Origin: Candidatus Heimdallarchaeota archaeon | GTDB taxonomy: Archaea > Asgardarchaeota > Heimdallarchaeia > Heimdallarchaeales > Heimdallarchaeaceae | Assembly: GCA_016839945.1 (NCBI GenBank) | Contig: JAEOTE010000146.1 | Span: forward strand, 1 to 55,865 | DNA: 55,865 bases | Direction of reading: 5' to 3' | Shown: positions 8,624 to 17,788 of the stretch, piece by piece | How the letters are laid out: each line of letters starts with the position of its first letter | Numbering within the stretch: the first letter of the stretch is position 1 | Notes under the pieces: generated by a model | Told to the model about the DNA's origin: nothing | Seen by the model: only the letters and a program-made list of their open reading frames with translations | Database searches by the model: none | Made by a program: the position numbers and the translations under genes

Positions 8624-9355
8624 TTGGCAAAGTGGAATTTTAAAGTTGTTTTGGCGGGGGATGGAGCTGTTGGAAAAACATCTATTAGAGAACAATATAT
8701 GGGGAAAGGGTTCTCATCTGATTATCTTAAAACAATAGGTGCAGATTTTGCATCAAAGAAAATAGATGCAGGTGAAAATCAGATTAGTCATCAGATTTGG
8801 GATTTGGCTGGTCAAGAAAGCTATCAAGCAGTAAGAAGTACTTTTTACAAAGGAGCAATTGCTGGCTTAATGGTATTTGATTGTCAAGATCCCAAAACAA
8901 TGACCAATCTAAAGGATTGGATAGATGAAGCAATTAAAGGATCTGATAATGGTATTCTTGTTTATTTTATTATAGCAAATAAAATAGACCTAGTAGATGA
9001 GAGAAGAGTATCAAGAGAGATGGCGCTTGATTTTTGCAACCGTTTAAGCACTGAAACAGGTATTCGTTTCTATTATTGTGAAACAAGTGCTAAGACAGGT
9101 CAAAACATACAAGAAACGTTTGAATTTCTATCTTTCAAGTTACTAGAATCTAATAATGTAAAAGATTTAGTTAAACCTGAAACACCAGAAGGCATAATTG
9201 ACACAAAAGAAACAGAGAAAATATTAGAAGATGTAAGTGGGGATTTAGTTTCTAAAGAAGAATTCAATGAATTATTAACAAAGGTTGAGAGGATAGAAAA
9301 TAAATTAGAAACTATACAGAAAATTATTAAAAAAATAGTTGAAAAATTGGAGTAA
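8624..9355 (+). CDS. Rab-like small GTPase with C-terminal coiled-coil extension
   Basis: G1 GDGAVGKT, G2 YLKTIGADF, G3 WDLAGQ, G4 NKID, G5 ETSAK. TTG start after GGTGA. No C-terminal prenylation cysteines. Confidence 0.95.
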   Translation: MAKWNFKVVLAGDGAVGKTSIREQYMGKGFSSDYLKTIGADFASKKIDAGENQISHQIWDLAGQESYQAVRSTFYKGAIAGLMVFDCQDPKTMTNLKDWIDEAIKGSDNGILVYFIIANKIDLVDERRVSREMALDFCNRLSTETGIRFYYCETSAKTGQNIQETFEFLSFKLLESNNVKDLVKPETPEGIIDTKETEKILEDVSGDLVSKEEFNELLTKVERIENKLETIQKIIKKIVEKLE

Positions 9356-9361
9356 TCTATT

Positions 9362-10636
9362 TCAAATTATTACTTTTTTTCCACAATCTGTACAAAATTC
9401 CGCTCCTTCAACTATAATAGCTGAACATGTAGGACATCTTCTTTCTCTATTTGACAATGATGTCTCTTGAAAGTCATCATTAGGATGTCGTGATTGAATT
9501 CTATAATCAGAGTCTAAATCATCTTGATTACTATTTATCCATTCCAGACTTGGGGGATCAATGTACTGCTGGATAATTTTTTCATAATGAAGAGTTGCTT
9601 TAATATCATTTAGACTGAAGAAAGCAAAACTAACTGCTGTAATCAATAATACTGAAACAAAGATGAAAATATCAATGCCGGTTAGAGGATTGTGGCTTGA
9701 GGAATTAAAGATATTTCCTACAAAATTTAGTAGAGGATTTAAACTGGCAAGTATTATTGATAGAGGTATAAGAAATGTAAGAACAGAAATTTCTAGATTT
9801 CTTTTTATGCTAATTTTAGGAAATTGAATTGAATCATATAAAGTCTGAAAGACACCTGAATCTCTTATTGATATAAGAATTTTAGCAATTCGGAAAGTTG
9901 GAGATATAAAGGACAGAATCAGTATTAAAAGAAAAGCAAATGCATAGATAGAAGGAGGAAGTGTTTCACTTAATATAGAACTCCTTACCATGAAAAATAT
10001 AATACCAGATACTAGTCCAACCACGATTAAGTGTAATCCATGAATAAATAGAAAAGGTAGCAGGTTTTTTTTAGTGCTGCTCAAATTTATCTCTTTCTTT
10101 TCCGCAATTATTTTCGCAATTTTCTGATTTAATATGAAAAGAGCTAGAGAGGATATTGCTAAAGAAACTAATAGCAATGATAAAGAAACCAGAAATGAGA
10201 TAGAATCATAAAAAATCATTAAACTAATAGTACCTATTTGAAATAATAACAAGAAGGCAGCAATAAGGCTAAGGGAACTGATTATAGCTAAATCAGATAT
10301 TTTCATTTGTTTCATAAAACGTAATTTGAAACGTGAGAGAGAAAAATCATCATTATATTTAACTTGACCTTTCATTTGAAATGGAATCATAGCATCGGAA
10401 ACTTTCCAAGCATATTGTGTACTATCTACTATAACATCAGTCTTGTTCATAGCTGTTTCTATTGGTTCATCTCCAAAGAAAGGTTTTCTTACAGTATTAC
10501 TAACTGGAGTATGGACCACATTTGCAGACTCACTGACTTGTGTTTGTAGCTCTGTACCGCACACTGGACAAAATACCACTTTTGGAGGTAAAATAGAGTA
10601 ACAAATAGGACACTTCTTCATAGAAATAATACTCAC
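9362..10636 (-). CDS. Polytopic membrane protein with N- and C-terminal Zn ribbons
   Basis: CPIC..CPVCG at the N-terminus, CPTC..CTDCG at the C-terminus, about 6 hydrophobic segments between them. Confidence 0.8.
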   Translation of the reverse strand: MSIISMKKCPICYSILPPKVVFCPVCGTELQTQVSESANVVHTPVSNTVRKPFFGDEPIETAMNKTDVIVDSTQYAWKVSDAMIPFQMKGQVKYNDDFSLSRFKLRFMKQMKISDLAIISSLSLIAAFLLLFQIGTISLMIFYDSISFLVSLSLLLVSLAISSLALFILNQKIAKIIAEKKEINLSSTKKNLLPFLFIHGLHLIVVGLVSGIIFFMVRSSILSETLPPSIYAFAFLLILILSFISPTFRIAKILISIRDSGVFQTLYDSIQFPKISIKRNLEISVLTFLIPLSIILASLNPLLNFVGNIFNSSSHNPLTGIDIFIFVSVLLITAVSFAFFSLNDIKATLHYEKIIQQYIDPPSLEWINSNQDDLDSDYRIQSRHPNDDFQETSLSNRERRCPTCSAIIVEGAEFCTDCGKKVII

Positions 10637-10808
10637 CTAGTTTTTCTCTGTATTATTCTTTATATAATTCGGCAATACCTAGATATTTTTAAGAGAAGAA
10701 AGATCCTTTCAAAAATCTACTAAGTTATACTAAATTCTAGTCGAATCAAGAACTTTGTTTCGAGCAGTTTAAATAATAAGAATAGAGATTGTACTATGGT
10801 TACTATAA

Positions 10809-12272
10809 ATGACTGATGACACTCCTGATGAACCTCAATCGTTTACAAGTTTTCTTGATCTAGTTAAGAGACTAGAGAAAATTGTGGAAGAAACTCCAGA
10901 CACAGCTAAACAGAAAATTGATGAAGAGGATACAAAGATTACAGAACCTCAGGAGGAATTAGAAACTATTTCAGAGAAGAAAGAAAGCGAACTTGAAGGT
11001 GTTCAAAAACAAGCACAAGATTTAGAAATACAAACAACAGAAACTGAAAAAGAAATAAAAACAAAACAGAAAAAAAAGAAAATTCAGAGTATTCTAACAA
11101 TTGAAGAAGAATTAATTAAATACTACTCTGATGCTGATGTTCAAATTTCAGATTTTTACTATTTATTCAAAGAATTATCTGCCGAAAAGGTAGAAGATGT
11201 TGTAAAAACAAAGTTTCATTCTCTAGAGAATATAAAAGTCGAAAAATCAAAGATTATAGGTGTTCCATTTGTTTTATGTAAACTAAATGGAAAGTATGAT
11301 GCTTCTTTACAACTTGAAATAGATGGAATTAACCTTCCCTTTTCCCTAATTGGAAATCTTAAGCAATTAAAATTATTATCAGCTAGTGCTAATAATGATA
11401 CAAGTTTATCTCCAGAAGAGACAACAATTTGGAATCAAACTTTTAATAAATTTCAATTGAAGCTTGTTCAACTTCTAAACGAGAAAGCAAAAGAGAATTT
11501 GTCTAAACAGCAGACTGCAGAATATGGTTTACTCGAATTAGATCATACTATAATTCAAGAATTTATAGGGGAATATGAAAAGAAAATAAAAGATCTGAAT
11601 TATTATAATATCGAAATATCAGAACAATTAAAAAAACTTGAAAAGGAGATAGACGAAAAAATAATATTTTGGAAAGACAAACGCCAATATCTAGAAGCAG
11701 CAGAAAAACTGAAAATTCAAGTAAAGGATTTACAAGAAAAACAAATTGCCATTAATAAAGAGACACAGATTCAATATTTGAAATTAAAGAAGAACCAAAA
11801 ATCTATTGATGCAAAAACTAAAAGATATAAAATTGAAGAAAAGAGAGGGAAGGAAGTATCTAGGGAGGATAAAGAAAAACTAGTGAAGCAATTAAGAGAA
11901 TTTCAGAGAGAAAAAGACACACTTCAGAAGAGAATCGATGGGATAAAGAAACTAGAAGAAACTTATGAAACATGGTTGGGAATAGTTTCATGCGAAAATG
12001 AGAGACAAGCAAATGAAATCCTTATAGAAAAATTCAGCTCAAGAATTAAAGAAAAATTAAAGGAGATTATAGGGGATTTAGATGAAGAAGATTTTCTAGA
12101 GGTTCTTCAAGCTGTTACAACCGAATTAGAAACTATTACTATAAATGTTATTTACATTCCTACTTTAATCTATTATTTCACAGCTAAACAAGAAGGTAAA
12201 AAAATGGAAGGAAAAATACTCTACATCAGTCCAACTGATGAAATAGCTTTCCTTAAACCTTCATTATTTTGA
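10809..12272 (+). CDS. Large coiled-coil protein
   Basis: Acidic N-terminus; a long central heptad region flanked by beta-rich segments (VPFVLCKL; VIYIPTLIYYF). Confidence 0.8.
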   Translation: MTDDTPDEPQSFTSFLDLVKRLEKIVEETPDTAKQKIDEEDTKITEPQEELETISEKKESELEGVQKQAQDLEIQTTETEKEIKTKQKKKKIQSILTIEEELIKYYSDADVQISDFYYLFKELSAEKVEDVVKTKFHSLENIKVEKSKIIGVPFVLCKLNGKYDASLQLEIDGINLPFSLIGNLKQLKLLSASANNDTSLSPEETTIWNQTFNKFQLKLVQLLNEKAKENLSKQQTAEYGLLELDHTIIQEFIGEYEKKIKDLNYYNIEISEQLKKLEKEIDEKIIFWKDKRQYLEAAEKLKIQVKDLQEKQIAINKETQIQYLKLKKNQKSIDAKTKRYKIEEKRGKEVSREDKEKLVKQLREFQREKDTLQKRIDGIKKLEETYETWLGIVSCENERQANEILIEKFSSRIKEKLKEIIGDLDEEDFLEVLQAVTTELETITINVIYIPTLIYYFTAKQEGKKMEGKILYISPTDEIAFLKPSLF

Positions 12273-12348
12273 GAAGGATTAATCTGTTTTAAAGAAAATA
12301 CTTATCCTTTAAACACATTTATTAGTGCTTTATTTTTTAATGATTTAG

Positions 12349-13065
12349 ATGAAAGAGGAACTAGTTAGGTGTAAGGGTCTCTCAAAAACATTCACGGTTG
12401 GAAGTAGTCAAGTTCTTGCAGTGAATGATGTGTCTGTTAGTTTTCACAAAAGAGAATTTACATCAGTAGTTGGACCTAGTGGTTCAGGGAAAACAACATT
12501 ACTAAATCTAATTGGCACTTTGGAAGTTCCAACTGAAGGAAAAATCGTTATAAATGGAACAGACTTGAGTGCTTTCTCTACAGAGGAATTAACAAATTTT
12601 AGAAGAAAAAACCTAGGTTTTGTATTTCAATTTTTCAATCTAGTTGAAGGTCTTACTGGTTTCGAAAATGTTGAGCTTCCCTTAATTTTTGATTCGATTC
12701 CATATGAAACCAGACAAAAAAGAGTTGATGAAATCTTTAAAGAATTCAATATTGAATATTTGAAAGGTAAATTTCCGGAAGAATTGAGTTCAGGAGAGAG
12801 ACAAAGAGTGTCAATAATGAGAGCTTTGGTTAATGAGCCTATTTTACTTCTAGCGGATGAACCCACTGGAAACTTAGATACAAAAACTGGACAAACAGTA
12901 CTTGATTTGTTCAAAGATCTTAACGAAGAAAAGGGAACCTCAATAATACTTGTTACACATGATCTTTCTGCAGCTAAAAGAGCTCTTCGAACGCTTCATA
13001 TGCATGATGGGAAGATTACTTTTGATCAAATAAATGAAGAACCCATTTTAGATAAAGAAAAATAG
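12349..13065 (+). CDS. ABC transporter ATPase, LolD/MacB type
   Basis: GPSGSGKTT, LGFVFQFFNL, LSSGERQR, LADEPTGNLD, VTHD. Confidence 0.95.
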   Translation: MKEELVRCKGLSKTFTVGSSQVLAVNDVSVSFHKREFTSVVGPSGSGKTTLLNLIGTLEVPTEGKIVINGTDLSAFSTEELTNFRRKNLGFVFQFFNLVEGLTGFENVELPLIFDSIPYETRQKRVDEIFKEFNIEYLKGKFPEELSSGERQRVSIMRALVNEPILLLADEPTGNLDTKTGQTVLDLFKDLNEEKGTSIILVTHDLSAAKRALRTLHMHDGKITFDQINEEPILDKEK

Positions 13066-13086
13066 AGATAATAGTAAAAAACCTTC

Positions 13087-13108
13087 ATTCTGTAGAATTC
13101 TGCAGAAT
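13087..13108. repeat. 22-bp near-perfect palindrome ATTCTGTAGAATTCTGCAGAAT
   Basis: 11-bp arms with a single T/G wobble, in the spacer before oppB. Confidence 0.65.
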
Positions 13109-13211
13109 CAAGCAAAAATGAAGAAATACCAAATTTTATGTCCTATATATATTTACCGTCTGAAAAGACGATAAGTCTTATAAAGGCATACATAATCGAA
13201 TGGTATAACTA

Positions 13212-13233
13212 TATTGTGCCCTTAGGCATAATA
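13212..13233. promoter_or_regulatory. Inverted repeat (operator or 5'-UTR hairpin) upstream of oppB
   Basis: TATTGTGCC-CTTA-GGCATAATA, downstream of a TATA-like CTTATAAA near 13177. Confidence 0.45.
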
Positions 13234-13254
13234 AAGCTTCGCGGAGTTTAAAAT

Positions 13255-14262
13255 ATGTCTCTTAGAGGATTCATAGTAAGAAGAACCATTTATATTATTC
13301 CTGTTATGCTTGGTATTACATTAATGAACTTCACCCTTATTAACATCAGTCCAGGTGATCCTGTTATTGTAAGAATAGGATTGATTCAGTGTAATACGGT
13401 TGAATGTTACAATAATGCGTATAACAAAGAAGCAATAGAAATGGGTCTGTTAAGCAAAGATCTATACACAGTTCCTTGGTTTGAAAGATACGTAGAGTTT
13501 GTTAACAATTTACTACATTTTGACTTTGGAAGAAGCTGGTATTATGAACAAGCTGGGCAAGGAATGCCAATATCGCAGATAATAGGGGAGAGAGCAGTAT
13601 ATACAATAACTCTTAACATATTATCGTTTATTTTCTCGTTATTACTTGCTACAGCTATAGGAGTTGTATCAGCAACAAGACAAAACTCTTTCTGGGACAG
13701 AAGTCTAACAGTAGCGATGTTACTTGGATATTCGATGCCTCTTTTCTGGCTAGCCAAGTTGCTAATGTTAATGTCCTATTATATGTTCAAATTCACAGGA
13801 GTAGCAAATAAGGATGCATTTGAAACACCTCTAATTATTAATGGTAGTTTCTACAAATATCTTATCCTACCAACGCTTGCATTGACATTAGGAGGGTTAG
13901 TATTTATGGCAAGATTAGTAAGATCACAATTGCTAGAAATACTGCGTCAAGATTATGTGGTTACTGCAAAAGCTAAAGGATTAGATAGAAGAGCAGTTAT
14001 TTACAAACATGCATTCAGAAACGGATTGTTACCAATTGTAACAATTATAGGAAACTCACTACCAGGATTACTAGCTGGTTCAGTAATGGTTGAACGAGTC
14101 TTCGGGTGGCCAGGTTTGGGAACAGTCTTCTTGGAAGGCGCACTTTTCAGAGACTACCCTCTTATGATGGCTACGAACACGATCTTCCCATTCTTATTCT
14201 TAGTGGCGCGTCTGCTTACGGACATCACGTATGTGTTTATAGACCCAAGAATCAAATATTAA
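13255..14262 (+). CDS. oppB: Oligopeptide/dipeptide ABC permease
   Basis: PGDP, DFGRS, EAA loop (QDYVVTAKAKGL), KHAFRN, VERVFGWPGLG, RDYP, DPRI. Confidence 0.93.
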   Translation: MSLRGFIVRRTIYIIPVMLGITLMNFTLINISPGDPVIVRIGLIQCNTVECYNNAYNKEAIEMGLLSKDLYTVPWFERYVEFVNNLLHFDFGRSWYYEQAGQGMPISQIIGERAVYTITLNILSFIFSLLLATAIGVVSATRQNSFWDRSLTVAMLLGYSMPLFWLAKLLMLMSYYMFKFTGVANKDAFETPLIINGSFYKYLILPTLALTLGGLVFMARLVRSQLLEILRQDYVVTAKAKGLDRRAVIYKHAFRNGLLPIVTIIGNSLPGLLAGSVMVERVFGWPGLGTVFLEGALFRDYPLMMATNTIFPFLFLVARLLTDITYVFIDPRIKY

Positions 14263-14274
14263 TGAGGTATTTAC

Positions 14275-15351
14275 ATGGCAACAATAGATAAAGAAGAATT
14301 ACCTGTCAAAGAAGAATTTCTTCTGGACGAGAAAACACTTAGAGAAATTGAAACAATGAAAGGTGCCGGACAATGGAGTATTGTCTGGCGTCGTATCAAG
14401 AAGGATAAAATGGGTATGTTAGGATTCTATATCGTTTTATTCCTTATCGCAATGGCTTTTGTTTCTTGGCTCTTACTCTCTTTCGACAATTGGTTAACCA
14501 CACAGGGATATATGTATGGTAATCCACACCCTGGTTTTGAAGGAAGTCGTAATAATCTATATATTGAGCTATGGTTCCCAGGAATGGACATAGAAAATCC
14601 CATAATTCTGTTCCAACACCCAAGATATATGGACCATGCAAACGCTAAATTACCACCATCATTCCAGTACCCATTTGGTACAGATGCAAATGGTCAAGAC
14701 ATGTTATCCAGAGTATTCTTTGGTGCAACAGTTTCCTTAGCTCTAGGATTTATTGGCCAAATGACTACGGTGATTATAGGTACGGTTTTAGGGTCAATTG
14801 CGGGTTTCTATGGTGGAATTGTTGATGACATACTGCAAAGAGTTATTGAATTACTCTATTCAATGCCTGGTTTTATTTTGATGATCTTCATCATCGTATT
14901 GTTTGAGGATGTCAATATACCGGGTGGGAAGTACGCGGTTGTAGTAATATTCTTCTCCCTGATAGGCTGGGGAGGTACTGCGCTTATCGTTCGTTCAAAC
15001 TTCTTCTCACTGAAAGAACAAGATTTCGTAGAAGCGGAACGGGCGCTGGGGGCGAGTGATATGAGGATTATATTTAGACATATCCTACCGAACTCGCTAG
15101 CTCCAATTATCATTATAGTAACACTGGGAATTGCTACAACAATCTTTACATTCGCAGCACTTGCATTCTTTGGTTTCGGTGACCCAACTGCAATATCTTG
15201 GGGCGATGATCTGAATCGGTGGCAAGACTTTTTAATCGAGTACCCTTGGATGCCGATGTTTCCTGCGTTGTTTATTTTCTTTACCGTACTAGGCTTTAAC
15301 CTACTCGGAGACTCACTTAGAGATGCTTTAGATCCAAGATTGAAGGATTAA
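14275..15351 (+). CDS. oppC: Oligopeptide/dipeptide ABC permease
   Basis: PFGTDANGQDMLSR, DFVEAERALGAS, RHILPN, FNLLGDSLRDALDP. Confidence 0.93.
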   Translation: MATIDKEELPVKEEFLLDEKTLREIETMKGAGQWSIVWRRIKKDKMGMLGFYIVLFLIAMAFVSWLLLSFDNWLTTQGYMYGNPHPGFEGSRNNLYIELWFPGMDIENPIILFQHPRYMDHANAKLPPSFQYPFGTDANGQDMLSRVFFGATVSLALGFIGQMTTVIIGTVLGSIAGFYGGIVDDILQRVIELLYSMPGFILMIFIIVLFEDVNIPGGKYAVVVIFFSLIGWGGTALIVRSNFFSLKEQDFVEAERALGASDMRIIFRHILPNSLAPIIIIVTLGIATTIFTFAALAFFGFGDPTAISWGDDLNRWQDFLIEYPWMPMFPALFIFFTVLGFNLLGDSLRDALDPRLKD

Positions 15352-15394
15352 ACCTTCTCTCAAACTCTTTTTTTTATTGTTTTATTCTCTTCTA

Positions 15395-15553
15395 TTGATA
15401 GTAGATATTTTCACTCCATACCACAATTGTTTACTTATTGGTTTTGGAGAGCTGTTACTAACATCATTGATTATCGTTTTTATTATACTTGGAATTAAAT
15501 ATGGGGAGAAACTGGTTCTGTATCTCAGAGAGAAACGTTCACTTTCACTATAA
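15395..15553 (+). CDS. Possible small single-TM protein (52 aa; alternative TTG at 15377)
   Basis: Hand-translated: LIVDIFTPYHNCLLIGFGELLLTSLIIVFIILGIKYGEKLVLYLREKRSLSL*. Below the ORF-track size cutoff. Confidence 0.3.
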   Translation: MIVDIFTPYHNCLLIGFGELLLTSLIIVFIILGIKYGEKLVLYLREKRSLSL

Positions 15554-15771
15554 TTTTGTTATTACTGGTTTTTTCCCTCCTTTTTTAATTAAATTACTTA
15601 TTAGATATTGATAAGCTATCTACTGCTTATCATAGTCTATATTCTTAGGCTATCCAAAATCGGGTGTAGACCATTCTAAGGGAGGGAGTTACACCAGATT
15701 CTTGTTCGATTTTCTTCCTTTAAAAACTTTTGAGTATTTAAAGCAATTTAGCTATTATATTATTGGGAAAG

Positions 15772-16545
15772 ATGACCACTGTCATTAAGAAACTTGAATT
15801 AGAACCACTTCAAAAAAAATACCAAGAATCAGAGCATCCTTTCGTTCTTACCAATGGGAAACTCAAACAAATAGACTTTCGAAAAGAAACCACACACTTC
15901 TTTCGATTTCTTGAGATAACTTCCAATCTTCTTTGGAAAGATATTCCTTCTGCAGTTTTTACAGAAGCGTTTCTTCACTATCAACGGTTGTTTGAACTTA
16001 TGATTGAAAGTCACTTAAATGACAAATATTTCAACAATGAAGATCTATTAGCCTATTTTTTGGCATTATTAGATCATCATGTTACATTACAAGGAAAGGA
16101 GATACAGGAAAAAACCTTGCAAAGAATCTTACGATTCTGGGGGTTTGATAAGAAGTACGATCTGTTCTATCGAAAAATTTCCTATGCTAAACAAATCCTT
16201 GAAAAATCCGAGTTGTTGAAACACAATTGTGATACAAGTCACACTGAATTATTCTTAAAAGTTGAACAACTCATCTCATACTTTAGAGAAAAAGTCTCTG
16301 AAGACAATGATTTTCTGGACTTAATCAGAGATGACGTGTTGAGGTTAGTAGAAAAGAGAATTATCCCATTTGCGAGCTTAAGAGATGCAGCATTAACAAT
16401 GATCGTGGCATTTTTCCCACAACATATAGAAGTTCCAGCAATGAAACTATACTTGCTTCTTAATGCAAGATCTGATTTCCAGATTGATTTAACACTCCTA
16501 CAAAAACGAGTAAAGAGATATCAATCAAAAATTAGCCTCAAATGA
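15772..16545 (+). CDS. Hypothetical protein, possibly divergent TFB/cyclin fold
   Basis: All-helical. F.EITSNL...IPSAVFTEAF..Y.R and IRDDVLRLV...SLRDAALTMI recall the two TFIIB cyclin repeats; no Zn ribbon. Confidence 0.55.
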   Translation: MTTVIKKLELEPLQKKYQESEHPFVLTNGKLKQIDFRKETTHFFRFLEITSNLLWKDIPSAVFTEAFLHYQRLFELMIESHLNDKYFNNEDLLAYFLALLDHHVTLQGKEIQEKTLQRILRFWGFDKKYDLFYRKISYAKQILEKSELLKHNCDTSHTELFLKVEQLISYFREKVSEDNDFLDLIRDDVLRLVEKRIIPFASLRDAALTMIVAFFPQHIEVPAMKLYLLLNARSDFQIDLTLLQKRVKRYQSKISLK

Positions 16546-16726
16546 AGAATTTTGTTGCTTTTTCTTCCTATCAAGTTTGCATCCATCAAGCATATATTTT
16601 AGATGGAATAATTATATAGGCTACTCTGATTCTTGGGATAGTGAGAGTAAGATAAATACATTTATAAAAGTGTAACAAGAGGAAAAAGTAAGCGTGTCCA
16701 GAAAAAATTAATGTAAGTGGTATGAG

Positions 16727-17788
16727 ATGAATAGACCACCAGAAGATATTCTATTAGAAATTAATGGATTAAGAACTTATTTTTTTACAGAAGAAGGTGT
16801 AGTAAAAGCAATTGAAAGCATCGATTTGGTTGTTTACAAATCAGAAACTTTGGGGCTCGTAGGTGAATCTGGTTCTGGAAAATCAGTTACAGCATTATCC
16901 ATCTTAGGAATCGTTCCTGATCCTCCAGGTAAAATCCTTCAAGGTGAAGTAATATTCCACGGGCAAGATCTTCGCAAACTTAGTGATTCTGATATGCGTA
17001 AAATCCGTGGAAATCAAATTGCTATGATATTTCAGGATCCAATGACATCATTGAATCCAGTTTTTACAGTTGGTGATCAAATTAGTGAAGCTATTATGCT
17101 TCATCAAAAAGTCACAAAGAAGGAAGCTCGAGAGAAATCCATCAAAATTATGAGCTTAGTTGGTATACCTTCAGCTGATGAAAGAGTTGATAATTATCCG
17201 TTTGAATTCAGCGGTGGGATGAGACAAAGAGTTATGATTGCAATGGCATTAAGTTGTAATCCTGAACTTCTAATAGCAGATGAACCATCAACATCCCTAG
17301 ACGTAACTATTCAAGCACAGATTCTAGAACTTCTTAAAGCGACTTCAGAAGAGTTTGATATGAGTATCATTTTGATTACTCATGATATGGGTGTAATTGC
17401 AGAGATGTGTGATCGTGTTGCAGTTATGTATGCAGGTTACATCTGTGAATCTGGAGACATTATGATTATATTCAAATCCCCCTATCACCCTTATACGCGA
17501 GGTTTATTAGGAGCTATTCCTCGACCTGATGCTGAGCGTGAGGATTTGACGATTATTAGAGGAGCTATTCCAAATCTCATTAATCCTCCTTCTGCTTGTA
17601 GATTTCATCCTCGTTGTGATTATTGGATGGAAGGCCTTTGTGAATCTGTTTTACCAGAAGTTCTAGAAATAGAATCTGGTCACAAGGTTCGATGTCATAT
17701 ATATTCAGATGCAGGGAAAGCGTGGATGCAGAAACATGGTGAAGCAAGAGAGATTGGAAAAATACCAAAAAGTGCAGTAGGTAAGTGA
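16727..17788 (+). CDS. oppD: Oligopeptide ABC ATPase
   Basis: GESGSGKS, IFQDPMTSLNP, FSGGMRQR, DEP, HPYT, CRFHPRC..C..C C-terminal domain. Confidence 0.95.
   Translation: MNRPPEDILLEINGLRTYFFTEEGVVKAIESIDLVVYKSETLGLVGESGSGKSVTALSILGIVPDPPGKILQGEVIFHGQDLRKLSDSDMRKIRGNQIAMIFQDPMTSLNPVFTVGDQISEAIMLHQKVTKKEAREKSIKIMSLVGIPSADERVDNYPFEFSGGMRQRVMIAMALSCNPELLIADEPSTSLDVTIQAQILELLKATSEEFDMSIILITHDMGVIAEMCDRVAVMYAGYICESGDIMIIFKSPYHPYTRGLLGAIPRPDAEREDLTIIRGAIPNLINPPSACRFHPRCDYWMEGLCESVLPEVLEIESGHKVRCHIYSDAGKAWMQKHGEAREIGKIPKSAVGK

Noticed and set aside
15417-16724. 8-bp inverted repeat CATACCAC/GTGGTATG as ends of a mobile element
   Set aside because: Too short, no target-site duplication and no transposase; the right copy is likely the oppD RBS region.
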